The position numbers and the translations under genes were made by a program. From positions 32,001 to 96,000 of IMG/VR virus record IMGVR_UViG_3300027977_000008: DNA of 64,000 bases. One strand, 5' to 3'. Shown one piece after another: positions 30,420 through 40,351 of this stretch; the stretch's first letter is position 1; each line of letters starts with the position of its first letter. This stretch comes from a virus. The notes beneath the pieces are model-generated. The model did no database searches and was not told the origin of the DNA. It saw only the letters and a list, made by a program, of their open reading frames with translations.

Positions 30420-31051
30420 CTATTGAACCTGGATATATTATTCGTCCTTTTGGACCAGTAATTTATAAGAACAAAGTATCAGAACAATTGCGGCAAGTTA
30501 TTATTGATGCTGCAGAAAATTCAAATATTGAAAACAATCATCTTCTTGCAGGCAACATTGATCGAGAAGTTGCTTTTCATACTGAAATTGATACTGTCAA
30601 CGAACTTCAAGAGTATCTTGGAGATTGCCTTATTCAAATGGGTAAAGTTGGATTATATAACCCACCAGAAGATCATAAATTGGATAGTATTGAACTTGAT
30701 CGTCCCTGGGTCAATGTTCAACGTAAAGGCGAATGGAATCCACCTCACATTCATGCAGGGGATTTTTCGTGCATAGTTTATGCACAAGTTCCACAGGAAC
30801 TAAAAGATGAATGGAAACATCCTACACAACGAGGAAGAAATCCTACTGCTGGTATGGTAGAATGGCAATATGGTCAATGGGCTCCTCATAATATGCATAC
30901 TTTTGGTCCTGTTGCACCAGAAGAGGGTGATATCTATTTGTTTCCAGCATGGTTGATTCATTATGTGTATCCCTTTAATGCTGATGTAGAAAGAATTAGT
31001 TTTTCTACAAATTTCTTTTTACATTACGGACAAAAAGAAACTAATTCTTGA
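30416..31051 (+). CDS. 2OG-Fe(II) oxygenase-like protein (TIGR02466-like)
   Basis: WVN.Q..GEWNPPHIH, FPAWL.H.V.P, RISFS.N. Confidence 0.8.
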   Translation: MTIEPGYIIRPFGPVIYKNKVSEQLRQVIIDAAENSNIENNHLLAGNIDREVAFHTEIDTVNELQEYLGDCLIQMGKVGLYNPPEDHKLDSIELDRPWVNVQRKGEWNPPHIHAGDFSCIVYAQVPQELKDEWKHPTQRGRNPTAGMVEWQYGQWAPHNMHTFGPVAPEEGDIYLFPAWLIHYVYPFNADVERISFSTNFFLHYGQKETNS

Positions 31052-31053
31052 TT

Positions 31054-31899
31054 ATGGCAAATCTGAAAACACCTCTTCGTTATCCTGGAGGAAAGTCAAG
31101 AGCAACAAATAAAATAAATCAGTTCTTTCCAGATTTTTCTAAGTACCAAGAGTATCGTGAACCGTTTCTTGGAGGAGGATCTGTTGCACTTTATGTTACT
31201 CAACAGTATCCTAATCTTAATATTTGGGTCAATGATCTTTATGAACCACTGGTAAATTTTTGGCAAACTCTTCAAGATGAAGGAGAAGAGTTATCAAAAG
31301 AACTTTTGAGTTTAAAAAAATCTTATTTTAATCCAGATAAGGCAAAAGTTTTATTTTTAGAAGCAAAAGACTGTCTTGCTCACAAGAAGTCAAAGGACTT
31401 TGATAGGGCAGTATCTTTTTATATTTTGAATAAGTGTTCTTTTAGTGGACTAACTGAAGCATCAAGTTTTTCTGCTCAGGCATCAGTCAGTAATTTTTCA
31501 GAAAGAGGGATTGAAAAATTACCAGAGTACTCTAAAATAATTGAAAAGTGGTGGATAACTAATTACTCTTATGATTGTTTGATTGATGGAAACAGATGTT
31601 CTTTTGTGTATCTTGATCCTCCTTATGATATTAAGGATAATCTCTATGGCAATAGAGGAGCAATGCACAAAGGATTTGATCACGATAAGTTTGCTGTTGC
31701 TTGTGATATTATTAATATGGATATGATGATTAGTTATAATTCATCACAATTGGTCAAAGATAGATTTTCTAAATGGTCTGTAGTTGAATTTGATCATACA
31801 TATACTATGAGATCAACTGGAGATTACCTAATGAATCAGAAAGATCGAAAAGAACTTATTCTTCTAAATTACTTTGATGGGCAAGCATTATCTACTTAA
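31054..31899 (+). CDS. dam: DNA adenine methyltransferase (D12 class)
   Basis: LRYPGGKS, EPFLGGGSV, YLDPPY. Confidence 0.9.
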   Translation: MANLKTPLRYPGGKSRATNKINQFFPDFSKYQEYREPFLGGGSVALYVTQQYPNLNIWVNDLYEPLVNFWQTLQDEGEELSKELLSLKKSYFNPDKAKVLFLEAKDCLAHKKSKDFDRAVSFYILNKCSFSGLTEASSFSAQASVSNFSERGIEKLPEYSKIIEKWWITNYSYDCLIDGNRCSFVYLDPPYDIKDNLYGNRGAMHKGFDHDKFAVACDIINMDMMISYNSSQLVKDRFSKWSVVEFDHTYTMRSTGDYLMNQKDRKELILLNYFDGQALST

Positions 31900-32203
31900 T
31901 TTGTATGGATGTTCATTTGTTCTTTTGGACGATGAACAATACCTTATAGAATTATTAAAAAATGCTGCAATAGCAAGTGGTGCTACTGTACTTCAAACTA
32001 TTTCAAAAAAGTTTGATCCACAAGGTGTCACTGTCATTTCTTTACTTGCGGAAAGTCATATTAGCATTCACACTTGGCCAGAAGAAGGTAGAGCGGCAGT
32101 AGATGTTTATACCTGTGGAAATTCTAATCCAAAAATAAGTTGCGATATTATTATTCATCAATTATACTCACAATCACACACACTATCTTATATTGAAAGA
32201 TGA
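31877..32203 (+). CDS. speD: S-adenosylmethionine decarboxylase proenzyme
   Basis: F.PQGVT, LAE-SHISIHTWPE (pyruvoyl site), DVYTCG. Confidence 0.92.
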   Translation: MGKHYLLNLYGCSFVLLDDEQYLIELLKNAAIASGATVLQTISKKFDPQGVTVISLLAESHISIHTWPEEGRAAVDVYTCGNSNPKISCDIIIHQLYSQSHTLSYIER

Positions 32204-32721
32204 TTACTAATTTGAATTCTGACTTTAAGCCAGTCGTTCGTTATGGAAAAGTAATTCCTAATTATTATTGTAATCAAAATGGTGACGTTTATAGTACCAT
32301 TGGTAAATCTGGAAGGTTCTTAAAAGCAAAAGTTAAATGGTCAGCTAGATTGACAATGGATCAAAGACGATTACGATGTCATTCATACACACTTTCTATA
32401 CCAAAAGATTTATTCGATGATTATAATCATCGGGCAAGAGGTAAAGGACATTCACCAGCAATGTCAATAGATCGTCATCGTATTGTAATGGAGACATGGA
32501 GACCAATTGATGAATATCCTCCCATTCAAGTTGTAACATGTTGGAATGAAATTCCAGAACCTGCTAAAGAATGGGTTAGAAGGACAGCATTTGTTGACCA
32601 TATTGATGATAATCCTGCCAATAATCATGTAGATAATCTTAGGTGGGTAATGCCGATTGATAATCAATCACACAGAAAGAAGGCAAAACTGGATATTATG
32701 ATAGTTGGAGTGAAGAATTGA
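32200..32721 (+). CDS. HNH endonuclease (homing-type)
   Basis: HRIVMETW, VDHIDDNPANNHVDNLRW. Confidence 0.85.
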   Translation: MITNLNSDFKPVVRYGKVIPNYYCNQNGDVYSTIGKSGRFLKAKVKWSARLTMDQRRLRCHSYTLSIPKDLFDDYNHRARGKGHSPAMSIDRHRIVMETWRPIDEYPPIQVVTCWNEIPEPAKEWVRRTAFVDHIDDNPANNHVDNLRWVMPIDNQSHRKKAKLDIMIVGVKN

Positions 32722-32740
32722 AAGATCGTATTCTAAATCG

Positions 32741-33124
32741 ATGATAGAACTAAAAGACTGGTTGAATAGTATTAATACTTCTAAGATCAATTTGATTGAT
32801 GAAGATCCTACAATTGAAAATAAATATCTTCCATATATTATTAACAGATGTTTATCTGGACATGTTGATGCTGTGATGTTTGCTAACGAAATGAACATTA
32901 ATCATCATCTTAATAAAAAGTTGCAGTATGATTTTTTACTAAATACTTTGAGATCAAAACGGAGATTTTCTCCGTGGATTAAAAAGGAAGAATTGAAAAA
33001 TCTTGAATGCGTCAAATCTTACTATGGTTATAGTAATGAAAAAGCCAGGCAAGTTCTTTCTCTTCTAACAGAAGATCAACTAACGTTTATTGGAAAAAAA
33101 CTTGATACTGGAGGAATAAAATGA
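32741..33124 (+). CDS. gp62: Clamp loader small subunit gp62
   Basis: LKDWLNSIN, PYIINRCLS, ANEMN, YYGYS. Confidence 0.92.
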   Translation: MIELKDWLNSINTSKINLIDEDPTIENKYLPYIINRCLSGHVDAVMFANEMNINHHLNKKLQYDFLLNTLRSKRRFSPWIKKEELKNLECVKSYYGYSNEKARQVLSLLTEDQLTFIGKKLDTGGIK

Positions 33125-33552
33125 GTGTTGTCGTTGAACCAGAATATCATTGGTCTCCTGATAAGATGGTTGAAGTTGTTCTTGCAGAACCTGATGATTT
33201 TCTCAAGGTTCGTGAGACACTAACAAGGATCGGTGTTGCATCAAGAAAGGAAAAAAAATTATATCAATCTTGCCATATTCTGCATAAACAGGGTAAGTAT
33301 TATATTGTTCATTTCAAAGAACTTTTTGCACTAGATGGTAAAAGCACAAATCTTAGCATCAATGATGTGCATAGAAGAAATAGAATTATTCAACTCCTTG
33401 CTGACTGGGGATTGGTTGAAGTGATTAAACCAGATACTATTTCTGATATTGCACCATTAAATCAAATCAAAGTGATTCCATATAAGGTAAAAAGTGAATG
33501 GGTGTTGGAAACCAAATACAATATTGGTAAAAAACGAACTGAACCAGGATAA
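33121..33552 (+). CDS. regA: Translational repressor RegA
   Basis: PDDFLKVRETLTRIG, LYQSCHILHKQG. Confidence 0.96.
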   Translation: MSVVVEPEYHWSPDKMVEVVLAEPDDFLKVRETLTRIGVASRKEKKLYQSCHILHKQGKYYIVHFKELFALDGKSTNLSINDVHRRNRIIQLLADWGLVEVIKPDTISDIAPLNQIKVIPYKVKSEWVLETKYNIGKKRTEPG

Positions 33553-33563
33553 CCGAATATAAC

Positions 33564-33590
33564 AAGCGGGTTTTTACGACCTGCTTTTTT
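33564..33590 (+). terminator. Rho-independent terminator
   Basis: AAGCGGGT...ACCTGCTT followed by a T-run. Confidence 0.65.
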
Positions 33591-33659
33591 ATTGATTAGT
33601 ATATAATTAGTAATGTCGCCGTAAGGGACATTTAACACTAGACGCTCAAAGAGGTCACT

Positions 33660-34040
33660 ATGTTTGGTTCACATTCAATTACACTTAGCGTGCCTGAAAC
33701 CAGGACGTATCTAGACGCAATTACAAATAAAAGTTATCCACCACATAATATTCTTAAGACCAAGGAAGGATACTGTCTTGAACTAGCAGTAGCAGGTTTC
33801 AAAAAAGAAGAGATCAAAGTTTACACTGAAGAGGATACTCTTTACGTTGAAGGATTGCGTGAAGACATTCATGATGAAACTGAATACATTTATCGTGGAT
33901 TAGCATTCCGTCGCTTCAGTCGTGTATGGAAAATGCCAAATAACTTAGAAGTTGACAAGGTTACTCATAGTGATGGATTGGTTTCTGTTAACTTTAAGAA
34001 GATTATTCCTGAAGCACAAAGGAGAAAAGATTACCTCTAA
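33660..34040 (+). CDS. hsp20: Small heat shock protein
   Basis: YPPHNI, LELAVAGF, YRGLA.R.F. Confidence 0.9.
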   Translation: MFGSHSITLSVPETRTYLDAITNKSYPPHNILKTKEGYCLELAVAGFKKEEIKVYTEEDTLYVEGLREDIHDETEYIYRGLAFRRFSRVWKMPNNLEVDKVTHSDGLVSVNFKKIIPEAQRRKDYL

Positions 34041-34063
34041 ATACTTCAAACGAATGAAGTGTT

Positions 34064-34807
34064 TTGTATAGTCGGATAATAAAACATATTTCAGCGTCAG
34101 ATTTTAGACGACTAAATGAAAATCTGACGTTAAAATTTAGAGATCAACTCAATCCAACATTCTGGGAGGGCAACGTTCTGAAATCAAATATCAGAACTGC
34201 CCTTTTTAAATTTGCTGATGCTTTTGCGGAATACGTTGGGATTGATAGTAAGGCAATCAAAGATGTATTGATGCTTGGTGGTAATGCTGGATATAACTAT
34301 ACGACATATTCAGATGTTGATGTTCATTTAGTTATTGATCCAAAGTATCTTCCTCAGTGTGATCCTGAACTATTAGATGATTATTTCAAGGACAAAAAAA
34401 CTTTATGGTCATTAACGCATGACGTAAAAGTTTATGGTGCAGATGTAGAACCTTATATTGAAAAACCTGGTATTATCAGAAGAAAAAGTCAAGGAGTTTT
34501 TAGTATACTAAAAAACAAGTGGATGCAAAGTCCACAAAAGTTTGAAGGAGAACTTGACGAAGCAGAACTGCAAAAAAAATTAAACAACATTAAAAATAAA
34601 ATTGATACGTTGATCCAAGGTAATAATGAAACTGGACTTCGTGCAATTTTAAAGAAGTTAAATACCGCAAGAAATTCTTCTTTAGATAAATTTGGAGAAT
34701 ATGGATTTGAAAATCTTGTGTTTAAAGAACTACGTAACAGTGGATACATTGACAAAGTGCGTACATCAGTGGTAGAATTAAAGACGAAAAAGTTGTCTTT
34801 GCCATGA
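34064..34807 (+). CDS. Pol-beta superfamily nucleotidyltransferase-like protein
   Basis: LGGNAGYNY..YSDVDVH (hG[GS]..DxD), VE.Y, ENLVFK.LR..GY. Confidence 0.7.
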   Translation: MYSRIIKHISASDFRRLNENLTLKFRDQLNPTFWEGNVLKSNIRTALFKFADAFAEYVGIDSKAIKDVLMLGGNAGYNYTTYSDVDVHLVIDPKYLPQCDPELLDDYFKDKKTLWSLTHDVKVYGADVEPYIEKPGIIRRKSQGVFSILKNKWMQSPQKFEGELDEAELQKKLNNIKNKIDTLIQGNNETGLRAILKKLNTARNSSLDKFGEYGFENLVFKELRNSGYIDKVRTSVVELKTKKLSLP

Positions 34808-35052
34808 TCAAAATTTTGTTTTTGAAGACTAATATTATTTTGATTGCTAGAGTTGATGAAGTATCATCAGAACTTGGAGAGCCTGATTGTAAACTAATTA
34901 AACCATTTATAGTTTCTCAGAATGGTTTGATTCCATGGATGAATGAGTTTACTAATCAACCTGAAATTATGATTCATTCTGATAGCATTCTAACTATTGT
35001 AGATCCTAATAAGGAGTATTTGGACAAATATCAATCGTTGACTGCTGAATGA
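34804..35052 (+). CDS. Conserved hypothetical protein upstream of gp43
   Basis: GEPDCKL..P, IHSD.ILT. Confidence 0.7.
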   Translation: MIKILFLKTNIILIARVDEVSSELGEPDCKLIKPFIVSQNGLIPWMNEFTNQPEIMIHSDSILTIVDPNKEYLDKYQSLTAE

Positions 35053-37544
35053 GGTATTATACAAACGTTCAAATGGTAGGGAACGAATTTCTCGTTCGGG
35101 GATTTGAAAATGGTAAAAGTTTTATTACCCGTGAAAACTTTGAACCAACATTATTTGTTCCAAGTCAAAATAAAACTAAGTATAAAACATTAGAAGGAAA
35201 GTACGTACAGTCCATTCAACCTGGTAGTGTACGAGATTGTCGTGAGTTTATCAAAACACACCAGAACGTAGAAGGATTTGAGATCTACGGAAATACAAGA
35301 TATATCTATCAGTATATTTCTGAAAAGTATCCCGAAGATCATATTGAGTTTGATCTTAAAAAGATGAAACTTGTAACAATTGATATTGAAGTTGCATCTG
35401 AACGTGGATTTCCTACCGTTGCAAAATGTGATGAAGAAATGCTTTGCATTACTTTGCAAAATTATTCAAACAAAAGAATTATTACTTTTGGGCAAGGTAA
35501 ATTTAAAAACGATGATCCAGACGTTCAATATGTTGAATGTAAAGATGAATATGATCTTCTCAATAAATTTCTAGGTTATTGGCAAGTCAATAGTCCAGAA
35601 GTAATTACTGGTTGGAACTGTACATTATATGATATTCCATATCTTGCAAAACGTATTGCAAGAGTTCTTGGAGAAAAGTCGGTAAAAATTCTTTCTCCGT
35701 GGGGACTTGTTACAAATGAAGAAATTACTCTTGCTGGTCGTCATCATTTAGTCTATGATATTGGTGGTATTACTGTTCTAGATTATCTAGATCTTTATAA
35801 GAAATTTACTTATAAATCACAGGAAAGTTATCGTCTTGATTATATTGGTGAAGTAGAACTTGGTAAGAAAAAACTTGATCACTCAGAATTTGATACTTTC
35901 AAAGAGTTTTATACAAAAAATTGGCAAAAGTTTGTAGAATACAATATTCAAGACGTGCGACTTGTTGACGCACTTGAGGAAAAAATGAAGCTCGTTGAGT
36001 TAGCAGTTACTATGGCATTTGATGCTAAGGTAAATTTTCACGACGTTTTTTATCAAGTTCGCATGTGGGATATGATTATCTACAATGATTTGAAAAAGAA
36101 GGATATCGTTATTCCACCCAAAAAATCTGAAAGTAAAAATGAAAAATATGCTGGTGCTTATGTAAAGGAACCTATTCCTGGTATCTATGATTGGGTTGTA
36201 AGTTTTGACTTGAATAGTCTGTATCCACACCTAATCATGCAATATAATATTTCTCCAGAAACACTTCTCGATAAGAAGTTTGCTGGTGTTAGTGTTGATA
36301 AACTTTTAAAAAAAGAAGTTGATCTTAGTAGTCTTGACGGTGTAACTGTATGTCCAAACGGAGCGCAGTTTACAACAAAGAAGCGTGGGTTCCTTCCAGT
36401 ATTGATGGAAAGGATTTATAATGAACGTGTAGTCTTCAAAAATAAGATGTTGGAGGCAAAAAAAGAATATGAGAAGAAAAAAACTAAAGTACTGGAACGC
36501 GAAATTGCGCGATGTAACAACATCCAGATGGCAAAAAAGATCCAGCTTAATAGTGCTTATGGTGCTATTGGGAATAATTATTTCCGTTACTATAAGTTAG
36601 ATAATGCTGAAGCAATTACTCTTGGGGGTCAACTTAGTATACGATGGATTGAAGCAAAGATGAATTTATATATAAACAACATTCTTAAAACTAACAATAT
36701 CGATTATGTGATTGCTTCTGATACCGATAGCATATATCTCAATCTTGGTCCTTTGGTCAAAAGTGTATACATAGGAAGAGAGAAAACTACTGAAGAGATT
36801 GTTTCGTTTCTTGATAAAGTATGTAAGGTGGAACTTGAAAAATATATTCAAAATTCTTATGAAGAACTAGCAGAATATGTAAATGCTTATGATCAGAAGA
36901 TGATTATGAAGCGAGAAACAATTGCTGACCGTGGAATTTGGACTGCTAAGAAACGTTATATTTTGAATGCATGGGACGTTGAAGGAGTTCGGTACAGTGA
37001 ACCAAAACTCAAGATCATGGGTATCGAAGCAGTAAAATCTTCAACTCCGGCACCATGTCGATCCATGATCAAGGAGGCACTTAAATTGATGATGAATGGG
37101 ACTGAAAATGATGTTATAGATTTTATTGAAAAATCTAGAATTCAATTTAAAAAATTATCTCCAAATGAGATTGCATTTCCGCGTTCAGTATCTGATGTAG
37201 ATAAGTATAAAAGTAATCTTTCAATTTATGCAAAAGGAACTCCAATTCATGTAAGAGGAGCACTTTTATTTAACCATCATATAAAAGATAAGAAACTTAC
37301 TGAAAAGTATAATACCATTAACAATGGTGAAAAAATTAAATTTTGCTATTTAAAAAAACCAAATCCAATACATGAAAATATTATTTCATTTATCAATGAA
37401 TTCCCAATAGAACTTGGACTAATGAATTACATTGACTATGATTTACAATTTAATAAAGCATTCTTAGATCCATTGAAGACACTTCTTGATAGTATTAAAT
37501 GGTCGGTAGAAAAAATTTCTACACTTGATAGTTTTTTTATATAA
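35049..37544 (+). CDS. gp43: DNA polymerase gp43 (family B)
   Basis: DIEV exonuclease motif, SFDLNSLYP, K..LNSAYG, DTDS; no intein or intron. Confidence 0.97.
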   Translation: MRYYTNVQMVGNEFLVRGFENGKSFITRENFEPTLFVPSQNKTKYKTLEGKYVQSIQPGSVRDCREFIKTHQNVEGFEIYGNTRYIYQYISEKYPEDHIEFDLKKMKLVTIDIEVASERGFPTVAKCDEEMLCITLQNYSNKRIITFGQGKFKNDDPDVQYVECKDEYDLLNKFLGYWQVNSPEVITGWNCTLYDIPYLAKRIARVLGEKSVKILSPWGLVTNEEITLAGRHHLVYDIGGITVLDYLDLYKKFTYKSQESYRLDYIGEVELGKKKLDHSEFDTFKEFYTKNWQKFVEYNIQDVRLVDALEEKMKLVELAVTMAFDAKVNFHDVFYQVRMWDMIIYNDLKKKDIVIPPKKSESKNEKYAGAYVKEPIPGIYDWVVSFDLNSLYPHLIMQYNISPETLLDKKFAGVSVDKLLKKEVDLSSLDGVTVCPNGAQFTTKKRGFLPVLMERIYNERVVFKNKMLEAKKEYEKKKTKVLEREIARCNNIQMAKKIQLNSAYGAIGNNYFRYYKLDNAEAITLGGQLSIRWIEAKMNLYINNILKTNNIDYVIASDTDSIYLNLGPLVKSVYIGREKTTEEIVSFLDKVCKVELEKYIQNSYEELAEYVNAYDQKMIMKRETIADRGIWTAKKRYILNAWDVEGVRYSEPKLKIMGIEAVKSSTPAPCRSMIKEALKLMMNGTENDVIDFIEKSRIQFKKLSPNEIAFPRSVSDVDKYKSNLSIYAKGTPIHVRGALLFNHHIKDKKLTEKYNTINNGEKIKFCYLKKPNPIHENIISFINEFPIELGLMNYIDYDLQFNKAFLDPLKTLLDSIKWSVEKISTLDSFFI

Positions 37545-37573
37545 TGCTATAATATGTAAAACAAACTTGTGCT

Positions 37574-38617
37574 ATGGACTTTTTAAAAGACATTTTAAAG
37601 GAAATTAAAGATGAATACACAAATCTTGCTTCAGATATAAATGAAGAAGAAACGTATGTAGATACTGGATCCTATATTTTTAATGGTTTAGTTAGTGGAT
37701 CTATTTACGGTGGTGTATCTGGAAACAGAATTACAGCAATTGCTGGTGAAACCTCAACAGGTAAAACATTCTTTAGTCTTGCTGTAGTTAAAAACTTTTT
37801 GGATACTAATCCTGATAGTTATGTTCTTTATTTTGATACTGAAGCAGCAATTACTAAATCACTTTTAGAAAGTCGTGGTGTTCCTACTAATAGGTTAGTT
37901 GTTATCAACGTTGTAACCGTTGAAGAGTTTCGTAATAAAGCACTTAAAGCTGTAGATATATTCTTAAAAAAACCTGCAGATCAACGCAAACCATGTATGT
38001 TTGTGTTAGACTCATTGGGAATGCTTTCAACCAACAAGGAAATTAATGATGTTTTAAACGATAAAGATGTAAAGGATATGACCAAATCTTCACTAATTAA
38101 AGGTGCATTTAGAATGCTAACTTTAAAACTTGGTCAAGCAAATATTCCTCTTATTGTTACTAATCATACCTATGATGTCATTGGATCTTATTTTCCCACA
38201 AAAGAAATGGGCGGCGGTAGTGGTCTTAAGTATGCTGCTTCTACAATTATATATCTCAGTAAATCAAAAGAAAAGGAAGGAACAGAAGTCGTTGGAAATA
38301 TTGTCAAAGCAAAGACTAATAAATCACGTTTAACTAAAGAAAATAAGCAAGTTGAAGTTCGTCTTTTTTATGATGAACGTGGATTGGATCGTTATTATGG
38401 TCTACTTGATCTTGCTGAAAAACATGAAATTGTTAAGAAGATTGGTACTAGATATGAAATTAATGGTGTTACAGCATATGCTAAGTCAATTTATGCCAAT
38501 CCAGAAAAATATTTTACTAAAGAATTAATGCAGTATTTGGATGCTGCAGCAAAAATGGAGTTTACTTATGGCGGAGAAAGTTGCACTGACGATACTGAAG
38601 AACTTGCTAAATCGTGA
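37574..38617 (+). CDS. uvsX: RecA-like recombinase UvsX
   Basis: GETSTGKT, YFDTE, MGGGSGLKYAAS. Confidence 0.95.
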   Translation: MDFLKDILKEIKDEYTNLASDINEEETYVDTGSYIFNGLVSGSIYGGVSGNRITAIAGETSTGKTFFSLAVVKNFLDTNPDSYVLYFDTEAAITKSLLESRGVPTNRLVVINVVTVEEFRNKALKAVDIFLKKPADQRKPCMFVLDSLGMLSTNKEINDVLNDKDVKDMTKSSLIKGAFRMLTLKLGQANIPLIVTNHTYDVIGSYFPTKEMGGGSGLKYAASTIIYLSKSKEKEGTEVVGNIVKAKTNKSRLTKENKQVEVRLFYDERGLDRYYGLLDLAEKHEIVKKIGTRYEINGVTAYAKSIYANPEKYFTKELMQYLDAAAKMEFTYGGESCTDDTEELAKS

Positions 38618-39953
38618 AGAGTATACTCGTAAAGTATTACCCTTTATTAAAACAGAATACTTTGAAGAACGAACTGACAAGGTAATTTTTGAAGAGATTA
38701 GTTCTTTTATAACAAAGTATGATAGTCTTCCATTGAAGGAAGTTTTGTTTATTGAAATTGAAAAGAGAACAGACATAACTCAAGATGAATTTAAGTTATG
38801 TGAACAACTTATTGTTGCATTAGAACCATCTGATGTAGACTTTCAATGGGCAATTGATACTACTGAAGAGTGGTGTAAGGAACGTGCCATTTATTTGGCA
38901 CTGATGGAAAGTATCAAGATTGCTGATGGGCAAGATGATAAAAAGGGAAGAGATGCTATTCCTTCTATTTTGTCTGATGCATTAGCAGTGAGTTTTGATA
39001 ATCATGTTGGGCACGATTACATAGATGATTACCAAGATCGCTATGCATATTATCATAAGGTTGAAAGTAAAATCCCATTTGATCTTGAATACTTCAATAA
39101 GATTACTGCTGGTGGTATTTCTAACAAAACTCTTAATATCGCGCTTGCTGGTACTGGTGTAGGTAAGTCTCTTTTTATGTGCCATTTTGCTTCCAGCGTT
39201 CTTGTTGCAGGAAAAAATGTTTTATACATTACACTTGAAATGGCAGAAGAAAAGATTGCAGAAAGAATTGACGCAAATCTTCTCAATACTAACATTGGGG
39301 AAATTAGTCAATTGCCAAAAAACACATTCTTTAAAAAAATCAATGCACTCAGTTCACGTACTAACGGGAAGTTGATCGTAAAAGAATATCCTACAGCATC
39401 TGCACATGTTGGACATTTTAGATCACTTCTAAATGAATTATCACTAAAGAAATCATTTAGACCAGATATTATTTTTGTTGACTATTTAAATATTTGTTCT
39501 TCTTCTAGGTATCGTTCTGCAGTCAATGTCAATTCTTATTCTTATATCAAAGCGATTGCTGAAGAATTACGGGGTTTGGCAGTTGAATTTAATTTGCCTA
39601 TTGTCTCTGCTACTCAAACCACTAGAAGTGGATCTACAAGTTCCGATCCAAATCTAACGGATACTTCAGAAAGTTTTGGTCTTCCTGCTACTGCTGACTT
39701 GATGTTTGCTTTGATTAGTAGTGAAGAATTGGAGCAGTTGGGACAGATTATGGTGAAACAATTGAAGAATAGATATAATGATCCTACTATTAACAAGAGA
39801 TTTGTTGTTGGTATTGATCGTGCTAAGATGCGTCTTTACGATTGCGAACAAAAAGCTCAAGATAATATTCTTGACAAAGGAGATGATGCGGAGTATAATA
39901 ATACGGGTGATGATAAATCATCTAAAGCTAAATTCAATGATTTTAAATTCTAA
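38568..39953 (+). CDS. gp41: Replicative helicase gp41
   Basis: AGTGVGKS, TLEMAEE, DYLNI, ESFGLPATAD; ATG 38568 preferred. Confidence 0.95.
   Translation: MAEKVALTILKNLLNREEYTRKVLPFIKTEYFEERTDKVIFEEISSFITKYDSLPLKEVLFIEIEKRTDITQDEFKLCEQLIVALEPSDVDFQWAIDTTEEWCKERAIYLALMESIKIADGQDDKKGRDAIPSILSDALAVSFDNHVGHDYIDDYQDRYAYYHKVESKIPFDLEYFNKITAGGISNKTLNIALAGTGVGKSLFMCHFASSVLVAGKNVLYITLEMAEEKIAERIDANLLNTNIGEISQLPKNTFFKKINALSSRTNGKLIVKEYPTASAHVGHFRSLLNELSLKKSFRPDIIFVDYLNICSSSRYRSAVNVNSYSYIKAIAEELRGLAVEFNLPIVSATQTTRSGSTSSDPNLTDTSESFGLPATADLMFALISSEELEQLGQIMVKQLKNRYNDPTINKRFVVGIDRAKMRLYDCEQKAQDNILDKGDDAEYNNTGDDKSSKAKFNDFKF
39871..39899 (+). promoter_or_regulatory. sigma70 promoter for mazG within the gp41 3' end
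   Basis: TTGACA-17 nt-TATAAT. Confidence 0.7.
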
Positions 39954-40351
39954 TGGCATTTGAAAAATATAAAAAGTTTGTTTCTGAAGTAACTAGTCCT
40001 GCTTCTAGTAATAAAGATGCATTTGTTGCTCGTATTCAAGAACTTGAAGATGGTGGTTTAGAAATTCATCGTCTTCTTACTGGTGCAGTTGGAATTTCAG
40101 CAGAAGCAGGAGAGTTTATGGAAATTGTAAAAAAAATTATTTTTCAAGGCAAACCTGCTAATGAAGATAATCTTGAGTATTTGAAGATTGAACTTGGTGA
40201 TATTATTTGGTATGTTGCTCAAGCATGTCTTGCTCTTGATATTTCATTGGAAGAATTGACTGATATGAATATCAAAAAACTTTCAAAGCGTTATCCTGAA
40301 GGAACCTTTGATGCTTACTATTCGGAAAATCGAACAGCAGATGATCGATAA
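39953..40351 (+). CDS. mazG: MazG-like nucleotide pyrophosphohydrolase
   Basis: AEAGEF.E..KK, ELGDI.WY, N..KL..RYP. Confidence 0.9.
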   Translation: MAFEKYKKFVSEVTSPASSNKDAFVARIQELEDGGLEIHRLLTGAVGISAEAGEFMEIVKKIIFQGKPANEDNLEYLKIELGDIIWYVAQACLALDISLEELTDMNIKKLSKRYPEGTFDAYYSENRTADDR

